From Antedon mediterranea (lineage: Eukaryota > Animalia > Echinodermata): 64,000 bases of DNA. The DNA is taken from assembly GCF_964355755.1 (NCBI RefSeq), contig NC_092673.1, forward strand, positions 22,379,648 to 22,443,647, in the 5' to 3' direction. Position 1 is the first letter of the stretch. Every line of letters starts with the position of its first letter. This document shows, piece after piece, positions 51,930 to 64,000 of the stretch. The notes under the pieces are model-generated. The model made no database searches. It was not told the origin of the DNA and was given only the letters and a program-made list of their open reading frames with translations. Position numbers and translations under genes: made by a program.

Positions 51930-54167
51930 AATATGTGTACAGCCACATCAAAACCAGGCACTTGGTGAAATATATATTTTTTTAGTTGATACTATAATGG
52001 TATTCCTCACAATATATCCTTCAAAATGGTGTTTGGATCATTTAAATCAAGCAAATATTCCCAGAGTTATGGCAATAAATGTATATAGCATTTATACAAC
52101 AATTTATTTGTAATTACTGAGTAATTAACAGTCAAAGTTTAATGACAAATCAGACAGGAAGTTGCCCCATGCTTTTACAGATTGAACAATTAACACCTTA
52201 GCAACACTACCTTCTAGATAAACAATCATTCTGAAATTTGGCACACTTATTCAATATAGTGTTTTCTGATATTCATGAAAATTTCATCAAAATCCGAGGT
52301 GGTTATCATAGTTAATTATGACGATTACAAAGTACCACTAATTTACGTAAAATCTGTCAAATTCATTTATAATAGTGTAGTGTAAGAATAATACAGTAGG
52401 CCTACTAGTAGGTATTCAGGAAGATTGCCTTAGCTTATTATTAGTTCTAAACAAATTTTTAAAAAACAGCAAACATTTTATTAATGAACTTTATTCAATT
52501 TTATTTCTCTTTTTACTTTATTTTATCTGCTTTTTGTTCAAAATGGCGCAGGGCACACAATGTCCCTCGTTTCTGGTCGGCAAAATTCAATTACCAGTAT
52601 TTTATTTGTGAGTGATTTGTATTGTACTGGTTTTTAGTGTTAATGTTATGTATGTAAGAGAAACTCAACAGTTCTTTTCAGACTTAATATACGTGGTGTA
52701 CCGCAAACTTTATATCAACATTTGATTTCGCCATGCAAACCTTCAAAAAATGTTATGTATTCTATTGTTGAACCAGCACCATAACAGATAGCCACACCCG
52801 TTAGCTTGAACAATGTTTTTAAGCATGATGAATAACGTGAAATTTAGCCAAGGTACCAGTATTTTATTTGTGAGGGATTTGTATTGTACTGGATTTTACT
52901 GTTGTTAATGTTATGTAATACGTCTATTGTTGAACCAGCACCTGGTCTGATCATGACAGATAGACACACCTGTTAGCTTGAACAATGTTTTTAAGCATGA
53001 CGAATAACGTGAAATTTAGCCAAGGTACCAGTATTTTATTTGTGAGGGATTTGTATTGTACTGGTTTTTACGGTTTATGTTTTGCACACACTCCCCACAC
53101 ACCCAACCCATCATTGGCAATTTTTAAGCATAATGAAATTTAACCAAATTGAAATAAATAAAATAGCCCAGCAGTAGGCCTAGTAAGTAAAGTAAAGCCT
53201 TCCAGGAGGCTTATTATACTATAGAGAGGAAAACTCTATCTTATTTTAATTGGGCTAGGCCTTGTTGTTGTTATTACTATTATTATTACTAGCTAGCTAG
53301 ACCTACTATGCCATGCAGCCTATCTAGGCTAGTAGCCCAGCGTAGTAGTAGGCCTAGGCGGATCTCCGCCTAGTCTAGGCTTATAGTACTAGGCCTAGGC
53401 TAGTAGAGCCAGGTCTAGCCTACTGTACCTAGCCTAGCTAGGCTAGTAGTGCCAGTGGATTGAGAGTTACATTGCTAATATCAACTCTTACGATAAATAA
53501 CTTAGCTAGGCCCTTTACTTTAGTATGTTATAACTTATTGTTATCAAGTCTGAGTCAGTACACGTCACTTTAGTATTACTGTGTACAGTACTTAGATGAA
53601 CTATAAAAAATATATTTTTCTCGACAAGCGTGTACTAGCGATAAGATTTTGTTGACCTGGAATTTTCCATGCTGGATGGGTCATGTGACAAAATTAAACC
53701 AATCACATCGCTTCTTTCAGCGTGTTCGTAGCAACAAGGCCGTTTTTGTTTACACTAAAGGGTTCTATAAAATTGGTTTTTATTGGTCTATATCGTACAA
53801 TCTGTGACATCACTCATTTATTTTTAGATTCATGAACAAAATACCTATCGAATGATACCAAGCTTTCAGGGGTTATCTACAAAATTACGGCGTAGGAACG
53901 ACGAAAATAACTGCTTTTTTATAACGAATTACCACGTTCTTTCAATCGAAACACGAGGATAGAGGCTCAGATTTATGTAATTTTTACCACCTTTCCATTT
54001 GAATTAGTTAATAAGATATATATTTTTGAAATCTACGGTAAATTTCCTATCAGATAATGGTAAAAAAACAAAATGGTCAAAATATGAGTTTCACACATTC
54101 AAATGCATTTTACACAAATCCCTATCTAGCGACAAGCGCCTGGTTTTGATGTGGCTGTACACATATT
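51930..54167. mobile_element. ~2.2-kb non-autonomous TIR DNA transposon in a whirlin intron
   Basis: Inverted ends AATATGTGTACAGCCACATCAAAACCAGGC. Internal tandem units start near 52592, 52854 and 53026, and a CTAG/AGGCCT-rich tract spans 53170-53510. No ORF. Confidence 0.8.
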
Positions 54168-54240
54168 AACAAGTAAAAGTAAATATATTACATAATAACA
54201 AAAGTTAAAAAAAAAGCATAATGCATGATTGGTAACTTAC

Positions 54241-54391
54241 CACGCTGGTATTGGAGCTTTCTGTTGTTACACTGTCAAAGCTGTGCCGTCTTTCATGTTC
54301 ACCGGAGTGCCTTGATTTAGTTGGTTCAGGACGATCAAAAGATGGAGGTGGACTCTCTGTGTCACTCAAGTTGGCAAAACCAGGCTCATGA
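54241..54391 (-). CDS. WHRN: Whirlin exon (linker)
   Basis: ttttcag|T HEPGFANLSDTESPPPSF...SSNTSV|gtaagt. The phase-2 entry matches the upstream exon. Confidence 0.78.
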
Positions 54392-54863
54392 CTGAAAAAT
54401 ACCACACAAAACACTTTAAAACAAATTTATTCATAGAATGTACCATTATCTGACAGGGGTGTTTAATAAAAATGTATATATTTGAGTTATAGCTCTCGGA
54501 GATAATAGGCCAATGTCGGTTTATCTAGGGATAGCTAGGCATGAAATAGACTAAATAGAAGTTGGCCTTTGACAAAAACCATTTTAACAACATTATATAT
54601 TTTCTTATTGTGACATATTTTATTTACCTGAAAAAACTGTAATTTAAAGCAAAAGTAGTCAAATTGACTGCCAGCCAATGGGTTTTTGGTTGAATTTAAC
54701 CATTTATTTTGTCATTTTATAAGTGAAAACATTTTTTTTTTTCGTTTTTTTTTCTATGGAAGAGATTTACTCTATTAAAAGTACAAAATAACCTATTCAA
54801 AGTCTGATTTAATTAATCTAATTTTTCACATTTAAATAAGGGACATAACATAAAGCTATATAC

Positions 54864-55087
54864 CGATGTACTGTCATTCGTCCAGAGTTCATAAGGACAT
54901 CAACCCCACTGTCTTCACTTGGACTCTTCACCTCGCTGTAAATTGGTTCAATGTACTTGCGGCTGGCAAATGAGGCGTGATGATGGACATCCGCTTGGAT
55001 TGTTTGTTGATTTGCAGGTGATGTGGATGAAAGATGGGATGACGATGAGTTGATGAGAGGTGGTGGGGGTGACACGGACAAGAAATC
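54864..55087 (-). CDS. WHRN: Whirlin exon (Pro/Ser-rich linker)
   Basis: cag|DFLSVSPPPP...SPSEDSGVDV...VH CG|gtatat. SEDSGVD is a motif recalled from vertebrate whirlin. Confidence 0.82.
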
Positions 55088-55180
55088 CTGATGGTATGAA
55101 AGCAATGATATAATTATCATATGATTTGTACCTAAATTGTCACTATATTGAGCATATGATCTCAATTAGCTTACCATATA

Positions 55181-55461
55181 TCCTTGGGTATAATGCCACT
55201 TCAGGTTTATTCTCACCCCCCTATGTCTGATTTCACAAACAGTCCTATCTCCGGGCATAGTCCCAGTATTGACTTTTGGTGTGGCCTCCCTCTAGCCAGT
55301 TCAGATGAGTTTTTAATCCTCGGGTATAATCCCAATTCAGGTTTAATCCCACCCCCTACTTTATGTCTGATTTCACAAACAGGCATTTCCTAGGTATAAT
55401 CCCAGTATTGACTTTTGGTGTGGATGTAGGCCTCTCTCTAGCCAGCTCAGATGAGTTTTTA
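55181..55461. repeat. Tandem duplication, ~137-140 bp x 2
   Basis: GGGTATAAT..TTCAGGTTTA..TATGTCTGATTTCACAAACAG..CCCAGTATTGACTTTTGGTGTGG..CAGATGAGTTTTTA occurs twice. Confidence 0.8.
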
Positions 55462-55667
55462 GAAGAAATGCTTACCAATCATATTTTTCCTGAATCAGGG
55501 TTTCCCCTAGTATAGTCCAATCCCCTAAAGTCGGCCCAATTTCGTGTTCTGAGGGAGTGGGATTAAACCAGCGGATATACATTGGTTAAGACATTTTTTA
55601 ACCTCTTATCAGTAAAAAATTTAAACAAATTACTGTAAACAATAAATAAACACAATGCTGGACTTAC

Positions 55668-55826
55668 AGGAAGAAAGTCAGGTAACTTTGAGTGATCTTC
55701 TGGTGAATCAAATCCATTCATTTGTGGCATGTTGTACCCATTCATTACATCATTATTAAAGCCATTCCTTTCTGGTTCACCATACCCATTCATATGGCTG
55801 TGTATTCCATTATTATACTGCTGCCC
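55668..55826 (-). CDS. WHRN: Whirlin exon (Asn/Gly-rich linker)
   Basis: ttttcag|GQQYNNG...KLPDFLP|gtaagt, 159 nt, phase 0/0. Confidence 0.78.
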
Positions 55827-55853
55827 CTGAAAATAACCACAGTATTTGATTAA

Positions 55854-56155
55854 AGATATATTATCCCCTCTAAACATTTTTTTTCAAGTTTTTGTTGAAT
55901 ATCTAATTTTAATGTCACATAATAGTTATTCATTTTGACCAGAAACTGGATTGAAAAAATATTTATAATTGTAATTTAAAGCAAAAGATACAAACATTGT
56001 TTGTCAAATAATGGTTTTTGGTTAAAATTAACCGTTTAAAGTTTAAAAGTTTTTTATTACAGAAGTGAATAACTTTATTAAAACTGCAAAATTGCATATT
56101 TAAAGTCTGATTTTATTAATCTTCATTTTTCATGTTTTTGGGGGACAATACATCT
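55854..56155. mobile_element. Kolobok-like TTAA MITE
   Basis: TTAA-AGATATATTATCCCC ... GGGGACAATACATCT-TTAA. Confidence 0.8.
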
Positions 56156-56596
56156 TTAACACTCTATAACGATACTGTATTAAATTAAGTCATCATACAG
56201 AAACAAATTGAAAATCATTGGAAAGCAGACAACTTGGGATTAATGCAGTAAACTAAAACATTATTGGTAAATGTTGTAAGAATACAGTGAGCATTTTGTA
56301 CAGAATACAGAAATAACATTTGCCATTCGCATTATACTGTATTATCATACAGTAGTGGCGAACAACAAAGCATTCAATGTGTAAAGACAATAAATGATGA
56401 ATAATTTAAAAACATTGACCACAATTTATTAACCTTTATAAGCAAATATATACAAAATAGCCATGGAAATAAATACAATGAATCAACAGTGCACCAAAAT
56501 ACAGTATGACATAGAAACAAAATATAAAGAAACAACAAGGATGGTAAGCATAGATTCTAAACTTTGCAGTAAAGTAACCATAAATAAATATGTAAT

Positions 56597-57280
56597 TGTA
56601 AGCATGTTTTTATGTAGTAGTAGAGCTACTGTTGTAAATAAAGTTGAATAAATAAAAATGTAAGCATGTTTTTATGAATCCTCTTGTATCTTCCCTTAAC
56701 TCATTTAAGACTCAACTTAAGACATTCCTTTTCCAACTAGCTTTCATTAATAATAATGATAATATGCAGAACTGCTTTTATTTTTTATGTAAAGCGCATT
56801 GAGAGCTTGCTTATATGCGCTATATAAGAACAGACTATTATTATTATTATCTTTATGTTTAAATTTTAAATATTTTTGTATTACTTTTAAGAGGGCCTTT
56901 TCAACTTCAAGTCTGCTGTAGTAGAGCTACTGTTGTAAAATAAAGTTGAATAAATAAATAAATAAAAATGTAAGCATGTTTTTATGGATCCTCTTGTATC
57001 TTTATGTTTGAACGTCATTGTATATTTTTGTAGTGTTTTTATGAGGGCCTCTTCAAGTCAGCTGTACTGCTGTAGTACAGCTACCCTTGTAAAATAAAGT
57101 TGAATAAATAAAAAATAAAAATGTAAGCATGTTTTTATGGATCCTCTTGTATCTTTATGTTTGAACGTCATTGTATATTTTTGTAGTGTTTTTATGAGGG
57201 CCTCTTCAAGTCAGCTGTACTGCTGTAGTACAGCTACCCTTGTAAAATAAAGTTGAATAAATAAATAAATAAAAATGTGC
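56597..57280. repeat. Tandem repeat, ~153-bp unit, ~3.5 copies, one interrupted by an L2 tail
   Basis: TGTAAGCATGTTTTTATG at 56597, 56659, 56969 and 57122. The last two units are near-identical. Confidence 0.85.
56693..56847 (+). mobile_element. 5'-truncated L2/CR1-type LINE 3' end
   Basis: Encodes SLNSFKTQLKTFLFQLAF, followed by TGTAAAGCGCATTGAG...ATGCGCTATATAAG and a (TAT)n tail. Flanked by an apparent TATCTT duplication. Confidence 0.75.
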
Positions 57281-57500
57281 TCAAGTATACTACTTATGTT
57301 TTTTTAATATGTTTAAATCTAGAAGGAATTGGCATCAAAAAGCAAAAGACACACTAAAATGATTGCATGATGATGTAGAATGGCAAACATAGAAAATATT
57401 TAATCCATATGATGCTGGATATATTGAAACATAGGTTTCAAAATGTAAAAAAAATCCTGATATGTTTCAGAATGCAGGGTGCCCAACAATACTATTCTAA

Positions 57501-57657
57501 AGCTCTACACTATCAAACTAGCTTGACAAAAAAAGTGTGATGTGCCCAAATATGGGAGTGATATTCCGAAATATGGTAGTGATATGACATTATAGTGTCC
57601 ATATATAGGCACATCACATTTTTTTGTCACATAAAGTTTGATAGTGTAGATAAAGCT
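57501..57657. mobile_element. AGCTCTGTCTACAC-family MITE
   Basis: TIRs and internal 21-bp repeats, flanks TAA/TTA. Confidence 0.8.
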
Positions 57658-58036
57658 TTAGTTAGTTTAGTTAGAAAATGGAACAATTTTAATAACTGAA
57701 TTTACAACTGTTCAATATAATAATCATGCATTGCAGAGCCATAGATATAAAGATTTACAACATTGGGTTAAAGTCACATGCTACACAAATTGTGTCAAAA
57801 TTGTCTCCATTAATGAATGTAAAGTATAGGAACAACAAAATATTTTAAAAGGTTTCTTATATTCTTAAAAATGTAATGGTGAGATTGATGGTGGTGGAAT
57901 TTGATGATGAAATATCGATGTGCATACAGAAGTACTTGCGGCAAAGAATAATTTCATTTAAGATAGCGCCCTCCAGCAACATTTAAACACTTGATAGCCT
58001 TTCGATACCAGACTGCGAACAATGTAAAACACTTAC

Positions 58037-58090
58037 CAGTATTGGTATATCATGTAAAAGGAGAGCTGATGTTCTTAACTCTGTCTGTTG
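58037..58090 (-). CDS. WHRN: Candidate optional whirlin exon (18 aa, QQTELRTSALLLHDIPIL)
   Basis: ttag| acceptor, strong CTG|gtaagt donor, 54 nt open, phase 0/0. No homology support. Confidence 0.4.
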
Positions 58091-58403
58091 CTAAGTAACG
58101 CAGCGATAACAAATCAAATAAGAATGTAAGGGGAGGGGTGTTAAAAAAGAAGATATGTTTTTGAGTGTTTAGCAATGTTTGGTTAATAAAATTTGATGTG
58201 GTGTGTGTTTGCATAGAATTGAAAATGTTAATAATTGTATCTAAAAAAATGTGCCGATATAACCATTACCAAAAAATATAGGGCCTAAGAATGCCTTTAA
58301 ATCACAACACACATTTTCAGTTCAATAATCATAGTAAAATAAAACATTAAGAGAAAGATTTGAAATTTACTTTTTAAGTATAGAATGAGGAATCAACATA
58401 TAC

Positions 58404-58550
58404 CTTTTTGGCAATCGGGATGGAACTGGGAATTTGTGGTGGCGTTATTGGTCTGGAATCAATGGAGCCTGAAGAGTAATGACTACTTCCGGAGAAGGTT
58501 TCTCCAGTTGAGTTCTCGCGCTCATTCTGTGGAAAAATCTTCTGTCTTGC
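58404..58550 (-). CDS. WHRN: Whirlin exon (end of HHD2 region and linker)
   Basis: ttcag|ARQKIF...PIAKK|gtatat. Continues the conserved EAMK-ARQ. Confidence 0.85.
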
Positions 58551-59059
58551 CTGAATTCATAAAAAGGATGAATAAATATTGTTGTGATTTTGGTTAATGA
58601 TGTGGCTTTAACAAGGTACATCGATTTACAAAAATGAAAATTATTAGTAAATATAAATTTTTTGTCTATATATAGCCATATTAGAGCATGATGGTAATTA
58701 ATATAAAGTAATATTTGAATGACATACCAATTGATATCATTACATAATAGTACACATTTTTATTTGTTTCAAATGTTCACAAAATATCGAACAACAAGCA
58801 CAGGATGGTAAACTATGCTTTCTAAAACCAATTCTCATTCATGTTTTATTTAGGATTTGAACAAAGGACTCTAGGATTGGTAAGCAAACTTCTCAATTAT
58901 CAAACCACAGTGCTGCTACAGTTCAAGTTTTTTTGGAGAAAAGCATGTTGAAAGGAGTGTAAACAGAGAGATAGGGGGTTTTGTATACACAGTGATACCG
59001 ATACATGTGATATATGGTAAGGATACCTAGGTGAGTCAAATTTTAATAAAATATAATAC

Positions 59060-59155
59060 CTTCATCGCTTCTACTTCACGTTTCAATACAAGTGTGTCAT
59101 ATCGATCAATATCTCTTGGAATCATAAAACTTCTGATCTCTGACAGTAATGAAAA
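59060..59155 (-). CDS. WHRN: Whirlin exon (harmonin-homology domain 2, second part)
   Basis: tttag|FSLLSEIRSFMIPRDIDRYDTLVLKREVEAMK|gtatta. Confidence 0.92.
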
Positions 59156-59245
59156 CTAAAAAAAAAAAGATGAAATTAAAAACAATTAAAAAATAAAAAT
59201 TCAAAATAATGAGGTTTGTCCCACAGACGAAGTGTTTATGTCTAA

Positions 59246-59406
59246 TGCTCTGTCTACACTATCAAACTAGTTTGACAAAAAAAGTGTGATGTGCCCAAAT
59301 ATAGTAGTGATATGCTTAAATATGGTAGTGATATGACATCATCATGTCAATATATGGGCACATCACATTTTTTTGTCACATAAAGTTTGATAGTGTGGAC
59401 CAGGCT
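59246..59406. mobile_element. AGCTCTGTCTACAC-family MITE abutting a whirlin splice donor
   Basis: Family TIRs and internal repeats. The right flank TTA (59407-59409) is intron positions +2 to +4. Confidence 0.82.
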
Positions 59407-59410
59407 TTAC

Positions 59411-59617
59411 CTTAGCATGTGTGTTAAGGAGCTCAAACAGCGCCAACACCAGCTCATCAACTGAGATGTGTGCTTTCTGATATTCTCCTAAATAGTACTT
59501 CATTGTCCCACGTTCATTTTCATTGAGCAATTGTCTTGCTTGTTCTTCAATCATATTCCAAGTCATCGATGTGTTATACATGATCTGTGAGCCAGCTATT
59601 CCTTTCTTGAAAGAAGG
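59411..59617 (-). CDS. WHRN: Whirlin exon (harmonin-homology domain 2, first part)
   Basis: cag|PSFKKGIAGSQ...IEEQARQLLNENERGTMKYYLGEY...LVLALFELLNTHAK|gtaaag. Confidence 0.92.
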
Positions 59618-60639
59618 CTGCATGAAAAACATTTTCAGTAATTAATTTGTAACAAAGTTTTTGTGCAAGCATTCAAAATGATTTATGACATACATATAAC
59701 TACTGCGTATAAACAAAATGTTATTGAACTTAGCTGTGTATGCCCAGGAAAATCCTTACAAAAACAGTTTAAACTTTATGCAAGCAAAGCAGACATAAGA
59801 ATTCTGTGAACAATTGTTTTTTTGAATTGAATTAAAAATGGAAAACAAATAGATTTCAGATCACATGACTACAAATTATGCAAATTTACTAATTTTGTTT
59901 GTCTCCCCTCTCCCCATACTTTAGAGCAACCTCTTTCCTACCTAAAATAAAAAATTTTCAAATTAACCAAACCAAATTTCCGCACAGAGGTAGGATTAAC
60001 ACTTTGTAGTAAAAGGGTTACCCTTTTGTTCGTTTAGTTGTATTGTGGGCCCTCTGTAAATCATATGTACCCAGGCAATAAAATAAAAACGAGGTTATTT
60101 ATATACTTATAGAACAATAGCATGCAAAAGCCTGAAACTCAGCTGACTATGATTCAACTTACACTGCAACTGCTCACTTTATTTACACTATACAATGAGT
60201 ACTAGTATTACTAGAATTGATTTCCAATAATTACCATTGATTATTACAATAAATTTAATTTCATAATCGAATAACATCTTGTATGAGCTTTTTAATTAAA
60301 AACATACACAGTAGAATTCATAAACCGGCGGTACAGTATAAAAGTTACACACAATCAAAACACACATGTGCACACAATTTGTTTTGGCAATTGCACAATA
60401 CTATACTACCTGTACAGTAGTATTCATACTATTCTACCTGTAGAACATACAAATCAATTATAGTATACAATATCTGGTTGTGTTTTCAATAAGAGAGATC
60501 AATAATTACCAGTAAGCCAATCAAAAAACAATAATGGAGGATACTGCATTGTTTTTTTTAATTGTAGAATGGATACCCATTAAATACTGTAGTTGACAGT
60601 ATGTCACAATTACAAACATTATGCTTTACTGGTATTTAA

Positions 60640-60928
60640 AGATATATTGTCCCCCTAAAGAAATTTTTTTTTTCATGATGTGATATGATCAAAAACTGAA
60701 TGAGAAAAAAAATTGTTTATCTGAAAAAAATGTAATTTAAAGCAAACAATACCTAAATTGTCTTTCAGACAATGGGTTTTGGTAAAAAATTTAAGGTTTC
60801 TTTTGTCTTTTTTTTATTAGTGAAATAATAATTATTATTAAACAGAAGTGAATAACTTCAAAATGGCCTATTTAAAGTCTTATTTTATTAATCTTCATTT
60901 TTCAGGTTTTTGGGGAAATAATACATCT
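60640..60928. mobile_element. Kolobok-like TTAA MITE (diverged)
   Basis: TTAA-AGATATATTGTCCCC ... AATACATCT-TGAA. Further partial copies lie near 25645, 32910, 54600 and 63900. Confidence 0.7.
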
Positions 60929-61041
60929 TGAAACCAATTCTAATGTCTGTATAATATGAGGTATCTTAAAATGCCTTCCTCATCACTTTTAGCACCTTAA
61001 ATTTGGAAATGTTATTATTTTTTTTAAATGTATAATCATAC

Positions 61042-61302
61042 CATGTCCATTCTTCTTCCAACAACATTTCCGTTTTGTGAATCAGGTACTGGTTCCATAG
61101 TGTTGTCATCGCCACCAAGCATGGACAGCTGATCTCCCATAATCCATTGCGTTTTGTCGACCGTGGTACGCGCATACGGTAGTTTTCCCACATCCTTAAT
61201 AGTCATCATCATCAATTTCGATGATTTAAGTATGTTAACTGCCTCTTGGTGTTCAATCTCTAGAAAACTTTTGCCACTCACATCAAGAATTTGGTCTCCA
61301 AC
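61042..61302 (-). CDS. WHRN: Whirlin exon (second half of PDZ2)
   Basis: ccag|VGDQILDVSGKSFLEIEHQEAVNILKSSKLMMMTIKDVGKLPYARTTVDKTQWI...|gtatga. Confidence 0.92.
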
Positions 61303-62708
61303 CTGGAAATTATAATCATGAATATTCATGAGTATTTACAGTATAAAAATGTTTGAACAAAACATTCTGCACAATGTAATTTACAAGCAGAAAACAAGTA
61401 TTGCTAAACTGTTCAAACACCCAATAACCCTTCAATCAAAGTAGAGTTTTTCACCGAAAAAAGGGCAAACTTACAGTATTTAAAAAAATTCTTTTTAATA
61501 AACTAGTTATAATCTAATCAATATTAATTTATTTGAAGGAGGTTTGCGCAGAGTTTTTTGGGTTTACGTGGTGGAATCTGACACTTTCAAAACAAATTGA
61601 AGTTTTTCACCCAAAAAAAGGCAAACTTACAGCAATTTTTACATTTATTTTCTCTCATAAATTGTCTCCTTTTATAGTTCTACTTGTGATCTAATTTATG
61701 TTAATTGGTTTGAATGAGATTTGTTCAGTTTAGCAATAGCCGCAGAAAACCACTTAAATTACACATTTTTTAGTTAAAAAATTGTCATGGAAAGACATAC
61801 TGTATGGCAAAACACAAGTGGACAGTGTAAATACACAAAAAACTATTCAGAATTACAGTACCCTGTAAAATATGTTTATACTATAGTAAATTTAACCAAA
61901 ATAACATTTAATGACATTTTTTTTCTTTTTTTAAAATTACATTGAGAGTTATATAGTATACATCTCTTATAGTAAATTTAAATTGAAAAAAATTGTTAAT
62001 TTAATATTCTATACAATTTAAAATGTGGAAAAAAATCAGAACAAACTAAAAAATTCAAGAATACTAATTTTTTAAAGACATTTCATTGTTATTTTGTTAC
62101 ACACTAAAAAAATTGTAAATTATTTACTACAGTATTAGTGTCTATTTATTAATACATTTCAGAACACCTTGCAATTGACTAAAAACAAATAGCAGTGATT
62201 TGGATGGAATTGATTTTTGTATTGCGTCCGTATGGAGATGTTTATTGACAGTTAACAAAAGACATGGCTGGGTCGCAGGAGATTATCTGGCGAGCTATTC
62301 AACAAAATCAATACTATATGCAGAATCACAGCACTCATGTACAGTGAAATTACTATGCAGAATTACAAAGAGTTTAATAATACAAAAGAAAATTTCACAG
62401 TAATTTGTAATTAAAGCATTTAATGATTACTGTACATTTAGCCAGGGCTAGAAATTTACTAAAATTTATCCACTAGCAAACATTTCCTAGTTGTGCAAAA
62501 TCTAACTAAAAAATGAACAACACAACTACTGTAATACTGTAGCAAGTAAGCAAATGTGTTGGTTAATTATTTGGAAGCAAAAGGTACACATTTTTATATG
62601 TACAATTTAAATGAAGCACTACCATGTGCAGCATTTTATTAATTTTTGTATATGGTTTAAGTGAAAAAAAAACCATGCTTTTAAAATCATTTTATTGATT
62701 GTGAATAC

Positions 62709-62834
62709 CTTTAAACCAGCAGCATCTGACACAGAGTAGGCATCTATGCCAGTGATGTAAATTCCAAGACCAAACTCTAGGCCACCTCTGATCATCAACC
62801 CTAGGCTTTGTCCATCTCCTATCACTAGATTCAC
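62709..62834 (-). CDS. WHRN: Whirlin exon (first half of PDZ2)
   Basis: ttag|VNLVIGDGQSLGLMIRGGLEFGLGIYITGIDAYSVSDAAGLK|gtattc. Confidence 0.93.
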
Positions 62835-63590
62835 CTAAATTTAAAATGAAATCATTATACAGTATACTGTACTTAATTTTCCCTAATTAAAGTAGATTTA
62901 TGTTGACCATCATCCACATTTATACTTACAGTAATTAATTATCTATAAAGAAATATTTTATATATTATTATTTGTGGAAAATCAATAAACAAACAAAAAC
63001 AAGTGAAGATAAAGGAATAAAATTGGTGCCTCCTTTTTTCAGTACAGCAAGTATTTAATTATAAGCAAAATGCTTCAAGAACACCAAACTTACAGTAAAA
63101 CGTTACTCAAGAAGATTTAGGTAAACAGTAATTTGTGACTGTCCAGTAACTAGTACTGTATTATAATTTTCATTGTAATTTTGATTGCAAGCCAATAATT
63201 GATTTGATTTGAATTTATTCGGAAGTACACAAAATACATTACAATTGGTAAACAAGAACAATTAAAACATACAGTACTGTAGTCTTCCATGGATAACCCA
63301 AAAAAGCCGGTAAATATCATTCCAGCTTATTTCCATTGGGGTCCATTATATACATACATACAAACAATAAAATATTAAACCAGTAAAACAATAAAACATA
63401 ACATATAAAAGCATACTGTATAAAATTGATTATTAAAATAATATTTCATGTCATTCTTTAAAATCTTATCTTATCCTCCGAATAATTCTACAGTAGTACA
63501 GTATGTGTAATTTGTAAACTTTAAACAATATTATGAAATTAATGTATTAATTTAAAACTACAGTAATTTGCTTAGTTATTATAAACAAAC

Positions 63591-63803
63591 CTTTCTTTCA
63601 TCGCCGTCGTTTAAGAGATTAAGTCCGCTTCGTCTACCCTGTGATTCTGTCATCTGACCTTTTATAGCTGCTACATTAGGGGGTGGGGAAACACTTCTAC
63701 CTTGGGGATTAACCCAAGTGTATGTCTGATGTGAAACGTATGATCCAGGGACACGTCCAACAGAACTTATCACCATATTCAGCTTTTTAGCAGATTTAAG
63801 AAT
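63591..63803 (-). CDS. WHRN: Whirlin exon (end of PDZ1 and PDZ1-2 linker); the gene continues beyond the window
   Basis: tag|ILKSAKKLNMVISSVGRVPGSYVSHQTYTWVNPQGRSVSPP...GDERK|gtttgt. YTWV.PQGRS.SPP is characteristic of whirlin. Confidence 0.92.
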
Positions 63804-64000
63804 CTATATTTTTAATGAAAAATATTTTACAGTAATTAGAAAGAAAAAAAGAAAAAACTGAATGTTAAATACAGTATTGTTTAGAAATAATAAATACATT
63901 AATGAAAGAAGATTTTTTTTAATATGCCATTTTAATGTCACATAATAGTTATTCACTTTGACTAAAAACTGAACTGAACTAAAAACAAATTATTTTCCTG

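Noticed and set aside
60022-60053. 32-nt candidate whirlin micro-exon (tttacag|AGG...GG|gtaacc)
   Set aside because: Its length is not a multiple of 3, while the flanking exons join cleanly in phase 0. The alternative acceptor gives an in-frame stop.

Overview
AT-rich animal genomic DNA; gene and repeat content suggest a marine invertebrate, possibly an echinoderm (inference). Two spliced protein-coding genes lie on the minus strand. One is a complete NR6A (HR4/GCNF-type) nuclear receptor with 4 coding exons (19276 to 5835, about 618 aa). The other is the 3' part of a whirlin (WHRN) gene (63803 to 49644), whose 5' end is outside the window. Introns and the intergenic interval are rich in transposon debris: PIF/Harbinger-type elements and MITEs, Kolobok-type TTAA MITEs, a Helentron-like HINE, Academ relics, an L2 tail and several tandem repeats. 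Three fold-back structures stand out. (i) A 4.75-kb element with ~0.9-1.0-kb inverted arms, CA...TG ends and a 7-bp TSD (P/Galileo-like) whose interior is essentially a Neptune-type Penelope RT/GIY-YIG ORF. (ii) A 2.7-kb Academ palindrome built from two 3' ends folded at a 7-nt loop. (iii) An 800-bp satellite-armed hairpin. Several Harbinger-like MITEs have inverted (TAA...TTA) rather than direct flanks, and one has an internal empty-site control. All family assignments come from recalled motifs and were not database-searched.
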